Shown in pieces: positions 42,128 to 49,870 of a DNA stretch of 49,870 bases. Position 1 is the stretch's first letter; each line of letters begins with the position of its first letter. The position numbers and the translations under genes were made by a program. Under the pieces are notes generated by a model. The model had not been told where the DNA came from. It made no database searches and worked only from the letters and a program-made list of their open reading frames with translations. Source of the DNA: Chrysochromulina tobinii (lineage: Eukaryota); the NCBI GenBank assembly GCA_001275005.1, contig JWZX01003394.1, positions 1 to 49,870 of the forward strand. The letters are read 5' to 3'.

Positions 42128-44472
42128 ATGCACATGTGGTTGTCCATGGGCACGAGAGGCGCTGCACGTGCGGATTTGAAGAGGAAGAGGATGATTGAAG
42201 ACGAGCTGCGTTGCCCGATCTGCTGGGACTCACCGCCTGAGGATCCACGCCGCTCCCCATGCGGCCACTCCTTCTGCCGTTCGTGCATCATGCAGGCGCT
42301 GTCGCACAAGAAAGAGTGCCCCGTTTGCCGCTCGCACGTGCAATCGCACCGCGTGCTCCGCTGTCTCGATATGCACGACGACACATCCGACGAGGCGACA
42401 TCCACCGCTCGGCCTGTCCCTCTCCCACCGCCAACATTGGCCGCGCCCAGCCCACGCGAGCGCATCAGGCAGGCACGCATGGAGGGCAGGCTGCCGCACT
42501 CCAAGAAGCTCAACGTGGGCGATCGCGTCCAAGGCAAGTACCAGGGGCTGATAGGCGGCCGGAACTGGTTTGGCGGCGTGGTGAGGGCGGTGCACGAGGA
42601 CGGCACGTGCGATCTGCACTACGACGATGGCGACTTCGAGGTGCGTGTTGCGCCTCGGTTCGTCAAAGTGATCGCCAAGGAGGAGTGGGAGGAGCCAGAG
42701 GAGGTGGCGGAGGTGGCGGAGGTGGCGAAGGAGGTGGTCGTGGGGGAGGAGGAGGAGGTGGAGGAGGAGGAGGAGGAGGAGGAGGTGGTGGTGGTGGAGG
42801 AGGTGGAGGTGGTGGGGGAGGAGGAGGAGGAGGGAGGAGGAAGGAGGAGGAGGAGGTGGAGGAGGAGGAGGAGGTGGTGGTGGTGGAGGAGGTGGAGGAG
42901 GTGGTGGACGAGGTGGACGAGGTGGAAGAGTCTTCCGAGGATCCACGTCCACGCGCTGAGACATGTGAGCACACGTCTGCATCGTCTTCGCACGAGGCCC
43001 GGCAATGTGGTACGCCTGGCTGCTTCCTCGTGGCCTATCATTCTGGCCCTTGTGTGCCTGAGGCAGTGTGCACGCCACGGTGGCGTGCTCCTCCAACACG
43101 ACTGATCCCGACCGCCAATAAGGCGGCGGAAAGCGACGATGACTTCGACGAGGACGAGGACGACGAGCCGAAGGCAAAGAAGAAGGCTCCTGCTACCCCC
43201 AAGGAGAAGGCTCCAGCCAAGAAGGCGGCGGACAGCAACGATGACTTCGACGAGGACGAGGACGACGAGGATGAGGATTACGAGCCGAAGGCGAAGAATA
43301 AGGCGCCCCCAAAGAAAGCCGCCGCCAAGCCCGCCGCCCCGCCCCAACAGCCGCCTCCCCCGCCCCAGCTGCCAAGCTCGCAGCTGCTGAGCCTGCAGCT
43401 GTCTCCGACGGAGTCGCTGTTTCAGATGGGCTTCGATCCAGAGGACGTGGGTCGCGCCCTGGTGCAGACCCGGGGAGATGTTGTCCGGGCACTCGAGCTT
43501 CTCCAGGCAGCCGCCAAGCCCGCCGACGCGCCCAAGCCGAAACCGCCGGCCAAGAAACAAAGTACACCATCTCACTCTCTGGTGGCAGCATCTCGGCCGG
43601 CACTGAGCTTCGAGGGGTTCGAGCTGGTGCCGTCCTCGAAAAATAAGACTGGTTTCAAGGGGGTAACCCAGAAAAAGGACAGGTACGCTGTGCATACCTG
43701 GGAGAACGGCAAGGCTTGCCAACTCGCTGTCTTTGACACGCCGGAGGAGGCTGCCTTATGCTACTCACGGCACATCGGAGCGGAGCGAGCGGCGGCCGAG
43801 GCGGCGGCCGCGCGTCGGCCGGTATTCATACCGAGAACAGAATTTGCGATCGTTGCCGAATCACTTTCTGACCAGGATGGTGCCGGAATCGTTTCGCCCT
43901 GGGTGGCAGCGGCCGCAGCCGCGGAGGGCCTCACTCTGATCCGATCCGGTCGCACAACGACCGGCTTCAAGCATGTGACTCAGAATATGCCCACAGGAAC
44001 GCACGCAAAACCGTTCCAGCTGAGGGTCTCGGTGGAGGGGAAGGTGATCAACGGCGGCTACTATGCGACAGCCGACGAGGCGGCATTGGCGTACGCGCGG
44101 CGCATTGGGCCAGCGGCTTCTGCGAGGGAGGCGAAGCGGGATGAGTGGCTCACTGCCGCGCAGGTCTTGGCTATCGCTGAGGCGGAGGGACTCGTCTTGG
44201 AACGGTCGAATAATGTTACAGGCTTCAGATTCGTCTCGTACGACCCGAAGGGCTACGGGTCGCACCGGCCGTTCCGACTGCAGATCAAAGGTGTAGGGAG
44301 GAAGTATGCAACGTTGGCGACAGGCACCTTTCACACGGCCGAAGCGGCAGCCCTCGAAGCGGCACGATACTTTGCTTCGAGGAACACATCGGAGAAGATC
44401 GCCGATGAGCCTCCCGCAGTCAGTGCGGAAGAGGAAAAGGCGCGAGAGCGGGCGCTCGCTCTAGCCGTCTAG
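42128..44472 (+). CDS. RING (C3HC4) - Tudor - acidic tract - UBA - three AP2-like repeats; frame broken within a GAG repeat near 42833-42842
   Basis: CPIC...CGHSFCRSC...CPVC, then VGDRVQGKY...WFGGVV...LHYDDGDFE, then LFQMGFDPEDVGRALVQTRGDVVRALELL, then three TGFKxV...F/Y-x-T-x-E-x-AAL repeats. Removing two extra bases in the GAG run joins the ORFs. Confidence 0.8.
42680..42925. repeat. (GAG/GTG)n low-complexity tract encoding poly-Glu/Val
   Basis: Directly visible G-rich trinucleotide array. Confidence 0.95.
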
Positions 44473-45012
44473 CGCGGTAGCGCAAATATCGAGCTCACGT
44501 GTGCGCGCCGCACCGTTGCTGGGTTCGTCTCATGGCGGTTTCGACGACGAGGAGGAGGCGCGGTACGATACTTCAGGTAATTTTGTTTAGTCTATGCTCA
44601 TGAGAAGGAGTCGTAAGCCGACGTATAAGTGTCACAGAACGGATAATACCATGAGCCGATGACCGGCACCGGGATACGCGCCATATGCGCGTACGTCGAC
44701 GCGATAGTACCGCGCTGTGGAGACGGATGTCCCGGTCGGTACAGCCAAGAGCTGTACGTAGTACGATACTGCTGGTGCGGTGGAACAACGGCGCGGGAGC
44801 CGCCGAGCGGAGACGACTGCGAGTAGCGAGATCCGCGACCGCGGACGGCGGACCGAGCGCCGAGATGCATCCGAGAACGCAACCGAACAAGAAAGTCGTA
44901 TATTGTTTGTTCATGCTCATGCGAAATCGCCACGGCACCTCCAGTTTTTCGACACGTTTGGACTTGGCCCGAGCGCCGCGCCCATGCTGTTGTGGCATGT
45001 GGAGACATGAGT

Positions 45013-45948
45013 CTAAAAGAGGCCGAGCGACGCAAATGCGCCCGGCGCGAGCACATCACCAAAGAAGGTGAAGAAGATGGGTGTCTGATCGACGACAGGA
45101 GTGCCCCACACCGCCTCCTGGAGAGCAAAGCCGGTGATGCCAAGCATTGCGAGACGCCCATTCTTGATCTCCGCCGTCTCCATCTCGCGCCGAGCCTCCT
45201 CGATGAGCTCGAACTGGTATTGCGGGTCGACCTTGGCCCGCATGTCCTCCATGACCCCGATGTTGGCGCCGTACCAGCCGTACAGGTTGAGCGGGTCGAA
45301 GCCGCAGTCACCGGGCACGTACGATTTCATCACGATGGTGCCGTCGGGCTTCATCGTCTTGCCCGTCGCGGTCAGGCCATACACCTGGTCGAGTGTTTTC
45401 ACCTCAACGACCGAGATTGCGAGTGCGACTGCAAGCATGAACGGAGCGACCTCGCCCAGGCCGCCATTGAGGACTGAGAGCGAGCGGCCCTGCGTCACCT
45501 CGAGCTCGTAGGGTAGCCCGAGCAGGTTGGATAGACCTCCGTGCCATAGCTCGGCGAGCGGCCAGCCGGCTGCCGCGAGCATCGCCAAGCGTGCGTGCTT
45601 GACCTCCGCCTCTCGCATCCACATCAACGCACGCTCGGCATTCTTCGTGTTCGCGCCTAGGGTGATCGGCTCGGTCGCAAACATTTTATTGGATACACGC
45701 TTCAGGGTCTTGTAGCCGGCCTCCGGGCTCGCCGCACTCACTGTCTCACGGAGCACGATCGCCGGGATGGTGATCGAGTTGTACTTGGTGACCAAGTTGA
45801 GCGGGTCGAGGCCTACGTCGCCAGCCAGCGTGCCGTCGAGATATTCGGGACGGGCAAACCCAGGGATCGGCGACTTGAGCTCGCGCGAGTGAATGGCCAT
45901 CACCGGCGCACCGGCGCGCGGCATCGACACAGGATACGAAACAAGCAT
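45013..45948 (-). CDS. Light-harvesting complex (chlorophyll a/c-binding) protein, probably Lhcz-like; start may be 45990
   Basis: LDGTLAGDVGLDPL, MREAEVKHARLAMLAAAGWPLAE, SVLNGGL, PGDCGFDPL, AEIKNGRLAML and VVDQTPIFF. Confidence 0.92.
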   Translation of the reverse strand: MLVSYPVSMPRAGAPVMAIHSRELKSPIPGFARPEYLDGTLAGDVGLDPLNLVTKYNSITIPAIVLRETVSAASPEAGYKTLKRVSNKMFATEPITLGANTKNAERALMWMREAEVKHARLAMLAAAGWPLAELWHGGLSNLLGLPYELEVTQGRSLSVLNGGLGEVAPFMLAVALAISVVEVKTLDQVYGLTATGKTMKPDGTIVMKSYVPGDCGFDPLNLYGWYGANIGVMEDMRAKVDPQYQFELIEEARREMETAEIKNGRLAMLGITGFALQEAVWGTPVVDQTPIFFTFFGDVLAPGAFASLGLF

Positions 45949-46098
45949 CTCACCAGGTCGGGATCGGATATTTTCATCGAATCTTCGCATTCACGGCTCA
46001 GTTAGGTACATGCGGAAGTGAGTCGGAACACACCAATGCACGTCTCACGTAGCTTACAATACCATCCTTGAACTTGAACTTGAACTTGACTCTCTAAC

Positions 46099-46815
46099 AT
46101 GAGCATGAGTCAGTTTCACGCATGTGTCCGCATGATCACCTGCATGAGTGTTTCTTTGCCAGTGTCGATCTTGTATTTCTTGTTGGCGCTACCGACGCTG
46201 ATCGGCGCCGCCGCGCTGAAACTGCCCGCCGCGAATGTGCTGGTGTCCAACAAGGTCTGTCTGCTTCGTGTCATTGACACAGCGACAGGTGCGTATGAAG
46301 TTCGAGGACGTGGTGGTGGAGACGCGGTGGTCGATGCCAAGGCGGCCAGCGCCTCATACTTGCTCAGCGTCAGCGGCGCGTGTCTCGCAGCTGCGCGAGT
46401 AGACGGCAATCACCTCGTTACGCCGACACAGGACGCTGCACCAACGTACTCTGAGCAGCAACTGCTGCTGCACTTACGAGTGCGCGGGCAGCCGTGCGCT
46501 GTGCCTGACGAGCATGAGCAGGTTGGGACGAAGCTGCTGCTCAGCGATGAATATGTCAGCGTGTATGAGTTCAGGCTCGCACCTGGCGAGCGTGCTGCCT
46601 ATCACCGCCACCGGCTGCCGTACTGCTTCGTAAATCTCTCGAGCTCAACCACGCAGGCCCTTGCGAGTGACGCATCATTTGTCGGTGAACCAGCATTCCA
46701 AAAATCTGGTCATTCGGTCTGGGTTGCACCGGACGCGTTAGGAGAGCATGGAGTGCTCAACGTCGGTGAGAGTGAGTTTTTACAGTTCATAGTCGAGTGC
46801 AAGGTTCAAGTATAG
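46099..46815 (+). CDS. Cupin-domain protein with N-terminal hydrophobic/signal sequence
   Basis: VGTKLLLSDEYVSVYEFRLAPGERAAYHRH...HGVLNVG...FIVECK is a cupin pattern. Exact start is uncertain. Confidence 0.75.
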   Translation: MSMSQFHACVRMITCMSVSLPVSILYFLLALPTLIGAAALKLPAANVLVSNKVCLLRVIDTATGAYEVRGRGGGDAVVDAKAASASYLLSVSGACLAAARVDGNHLVTPTQDAAPTYSEQQLLLHLRVRGQPCAVPDEHEQVGTKLLLSDEYVSVYEFRLAPGERAAYHRHRLPYCFVNLSSSTTQALASDASFVGEPAFQKSGHSVWVAPDALGEHGVLNVGESEFLQFIVECKVQV

Positions 46816-47637
46816 CGTAAGTTGCTGATTTGCTTTACACACGGCGCGGCGGCGGTTGTAACTTGTATAGCCGAATAGCCCCTCGGTGAGGCTTCGCTTT
46901 GGCTTCGTTTGAAAGCGTGCGGTGTCTTGATGTGCGCCTCCGTGCGGCGCGTGGCTGCGGCCGGATACCGAAAAGACAAGCACCCCAGTAGACCCCTGCG
47001 AGCAGACACCACCGCAGAGCGACGACACCGAACCGGATACCATGCGGTATCGCAACGCCTGGGATTCAGGGACCCACCACCAACACCAGCGACACAGACA
47101 GACCGCCAGGCAGGCCGAGGTGGCCGAGCGGAACGGCGAGCCAACTCCGCTCTCCGGTACGCGCATCAAGGCGGAGCCCACTGCAACCACGACTCGCACT
47201 TGATGCGGGTGCGGCCACGGAGGAGCGGCGGCCCAGCCTGCGGCGTGCGGCGCCCCCCGACCGCAGAGAGCCGTCGCAAACTCGCAATGCGCCTAAGGTT
47301 ACAGCCGAAGCGTGTCATGCAATTCGAGTCATCTTGCAACTGCCGAACTGCAAATTTGCAAAGACGTGTCTATAGAATTTGCGCCAAACCTGTCATTCAC
47401 TAATCATCATCCAAGTTTGGGAAGCGCATATTGCCTGGCATCGAGTGCTCCTTCGATGAAATGTCGTTGTAAAGTGAGATCGCTTGCCTTTGTTTTGCCG
47501 CCCGCCTGTCACTGTTGCCGCTGCGCCCCTGCATCCAGCTGGGGATACTTGGATTGGACAACTTGGGCGATGTCGGCGATCTCTGCGGGCTATAGAGCTT
47601 TTGGCTCCTGTTCAGCAGCTCTTCTTCCCATTGCTTA

Positions 47638-48048
47638 TCACCGGAATAGCGGGATGACCCCGTCGAGGTAGATGGCATCTTCCGAAACTCTCTCCAATTT
47701 GTACTCGCCCGCCGAGCCGAAGATGCTCCAAACCAGCCGCGAGACATGCGGCGGCTCCCGCCATCCGCGAACAACCTTGCGTGTCGATATTGTGCCAAAC
47801 TGGTAAACAAACTCACCGTCGGCCCCGATCGTCAAGCATATCATGTTGGCTGACTCGGACCACCGGCCGACGTAGAAGTTGGGCACTTGTGCGGAGAGAT
47901 GGACGAGGCGGCCCTGTACACACCGTCCAGAGAAATCAGTCGGCACATCAGCGTCGTCCTCAGAGCGCGGCCCGCATCCTAATGGCAGCCACATCGATTC
48001 GTCTGAGCCTTGTTGGGGCTTGTGCTCGCGTGTCGCGCATTGCCCCAT
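47638..48048 (-). CDS. Small hypothetical protein, possibly acylated; may continue by frameshift to 47400
   Basis: MGQC start and a beta-strand-like core (YVGRWS...LTIGADGEFVY). The overlapping downstream frame (DKQWEEELL...) also looks protein-like. Confidence 0.45.
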   Translation of the reverse strand: MGQCATREHKPQQGSDESMWLPLGCGPRSEDDADVPTDFSGRCVQGRLVHLSAQVPNFYVGRWSESANMICLTIGADGEFVYQFGTISTRKVVRGWREPPHVSRLVWSIFGSAGEYKLERVSEDAIYLDGVIPLFR

Positions 48049-48377
48049 CGCGGCCCGCCAAGAAATTCATCAACACCGCAAGGATTCCTATTCTTCATGT
48101 AACGAAACAAAAAACCAAAGTTACGCTTTCCTCGACGATCGCTCTTCATCCTCCTCGACCGTTATGCCCATTTATGGAGCTGCATGCATTGTGGGGCGGA
48201 ATGCAGAATGCCCGCGCGTCGGGGATTTTTGTGTACACCCAACAACTTCGCGGCTCTACACATGTTCAGAGTACCCAAATGAAATGTGGGCTCTAAAGCC
48301 GCACTAGACCACTAGTCTCGAGGTCCTATCGAGGTCCGGTCTCGAGTCAGAACACAGAACAGACGGCAATTCTCACT

Positions 48378-48419
48378 GGTAAAAAGACACCGGGGGGAGC
48401 CGGGACACACACGGGACAC
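48378..48419 (+). repeat. Copy of the palindrome right arm plus flank
   Basis: ggtaaaaagacaccggggggagccgggacacacacgggacac is identical to 25892-25933 (42 bp). Confidence 0.95.
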
Positions 48420-48464
48420 ACGGGGAACGGCACTCGGAGTACGCATCTTATACGCATCTTCTGG

Positions 48465-49625
48465 TCATGTGTTGCGGTTCTGGTTGTCCCTGCCTTGGTT
48501 GTCGGGCCCGGCGTTCCCTCGCTGCCACGTGAGCTTGAGCCCGGCACCGCCGTTGAGACTGCACTCATCATGCTGGCCGGCCTTGAGAAATGCCAATGGC
48601 ACGTACGGCACATATCCACGGTAGAGCTGTGTCGCTTTGGAGGTGTCATCGCACTCGACGCGAACAGAGAAGCCTGTCCCACTGATGCCAGCCTCCAGCC
48701 ACAGAGGGCGCTTCCTCCACGAGCTATTCCATCGATCGAGCAGCACATTGCGCAGCCACCGCTCCGGGTGTGTCGCGGAAGAGAGTGACGTTTGCATCAT
48801 ATGCTGCACCCATGCTCTATCCGTTTGGTGCATGCGTATCCGGCGATAATGCTCGTCCGCCCACGCCCTGCCATTCCAGTACGCGGCGAGCATGCTCTCC
48901 GGGTTGAGCCACGGCACGTGAATGAAAGAGCCGATGAATCGGGAGTGAATGAAGACTGCGTCTGGCCAGTCATACTGCAAGAGCCGATAGCCACGTGGCC
49001 GAACGACGTCATAGGCTGCTTGCATGGAGCAACCCCAAACGTCGAGGTTGGCCTCATAAGGAACAGCTGAGCGTCCCGGTGCATCACGCGCACACATGTC
49101 CCTGTATGCGATAGGAGGCGGCAGCAGATGGTTGAGTTCGATCTGAATGATCTTGGGATGGCTCCAGACAGACTCGCCAAGTGCAAGCAACCTCTCGAGG
49201 ATGTGACATTCACAACCATCGATGTCGAGCTTGAAGATGTCCATCGATCGCCCCTGAACCTTGAGCGGAAATGCAAGTACCTCACCGGCGTTCGACGGCG
49301 AGATTGGCAGATTAACCAGGCTCATGCCAGGGAACGGTGCCATGTTCTTCTTGAGCGCTTGGAACTGCTTGGCGTCGGGCTCCATGGCCAGTCCGGTGAC
49401 GCCGCGCTCCGAAATGAGCGAATACAGTGGATCGTCCACAAAACCATCACGTGCACCAACGTTCTGCACATAGTGAGACATCGCCGATGGGAACGTCGCA
49501 TTCAGCTCGTCCCACACCCGGCGGAGAGGTAGGAACGCCGAGGGACACGCGTCCTTGAAGGAGGTCGCGCTGCACGTACAGTCTGTAGTGGCGGCTTGGT
49601 GCGGCATCACCATGTGCATCGGCAT
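48465..49625 (-). CDS. FkbM-like SAM-dependent methyltransferase-fold protein; 5' end uncertain
   Basis: NVGARDG...DPLY, GLAMEPD, DIFKLDIDGCEC, PKIIQIELN and GCSMQA...GYRLL...DAVFIH. Confidence 0.75.
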   Translation of the reverse strand: MPMHMVMPHQAATTDCTCSATSFKDACPSAFLPLRRVWDELNATFPSAMSHYVQNVGARDGFVDDPLYSLISERGVTGLAMEPDAKQFQALKKNMAPFPGMSLVNLPISPSNAGEVLAFPLKVQGRSMDIFKLDIDGCECHILERLLALGESVWSHPKIIQIELNHLLPPPIAYRDMCARDAPGRSAVPYEANLDVWGCSMQAAYDVVRPRGYRLLQYDWPDAVFIHSRFIGSFIHVPWLNPESMLAAYWNGRAWADEHYRRIRMHQTDRAWVQHMMQTSLSSATHPERWLRNVLLDRWNSSWRKRPLWLEAGISGTGFSVRVECDDTSKATQLYRGYVPYVPLAFLKAGQHDECSLNGGAGLKLTWQRGNAGPDNQGRDNQNRNT

Positions 49626-49870
49626 CGCGACGAAGTCGATCGGCACCGCTTAGTGATGATCGGAATTCGCTTTGCCCCCCCCCTTTGCACGAAGTGCAAA
49701 CTTCGATTTTTCCTGCAGTACTTGCATTGTAAACACTCCGCTCGGTTAACGGGAACCAACACGATGCATGCAAGTTGTGCAGTAACCCCCCGGCGAAACT
49801 TTTCCGCAGTTGGTTTCATTTTTCCGCATTTTAGGAGTCGCGAGAAAAAACGCCGCGTTCGAGTGTCTTG

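Noticed and set aside
44573..44998. 141-aa minus-strand ORF with a short hydrophobic stretch
   Set aside because: No recognisable motif and weak coding character. It lies between two gene ends and could be UTR or a fragment.
46068..46089. Short simple repeats (ttgaac)n; also caagt-type at about 26395-26420 and ggacc-type at about 11224-11260
   Set aside because: Short low-complexity runs with no further evidence of function.
1..49870. Many long overlapping or antisense ORFs (e.g. 11698-13050 +, 7371-8495 +, 2239-3378 +, 35079-36191 +)
   Set aside because: Expected shadows of GC-rich coding sequence. They are Arg/Ala-rich, carry no motifs and lie opposite well-supported genes.

Overview
GC-rich, gene-dense eukaryotic nuclear DNA with short intergenic spacers and few short GT-AG introns. 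A light-harvesting complex gene, a violaxanthin de-epoxidase-like gene, AP2-like repeats and plastid-type presequences point to a photosynthetic alga with a red-lineage plastid, most plausibly a haptophyte (inference). About 23 protein-coding genes are supported, many in divergent pairs. No rRNA, tRNA, CRISPR array or transposase was recognised. The main oddity is a large acylated protein (30657-34002, minus strand) joining a catalytically degenerate G-alpha-like domain to a region resembling the conserved C-terminal core of animal ANKFN1/wide-awake. Other unusual fusions are an ABC1 kinase with an inserted acyl-CoA-binding domain, EF-hands plus a bestrophin, a matrixin split by a membrane hairpin, CAP plus LIM, and RING-Tudor-UBA-AP2. 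Non-coding signals include a dispersed repeat forming a perfect 58-bp palindrome, motifs shared between promoters, and two introns that contain copies of their own exon boundary. Three or four genes carry frameshifts, probably assembly errors. All family assignments come from motif recognition by eye; no database search was run.
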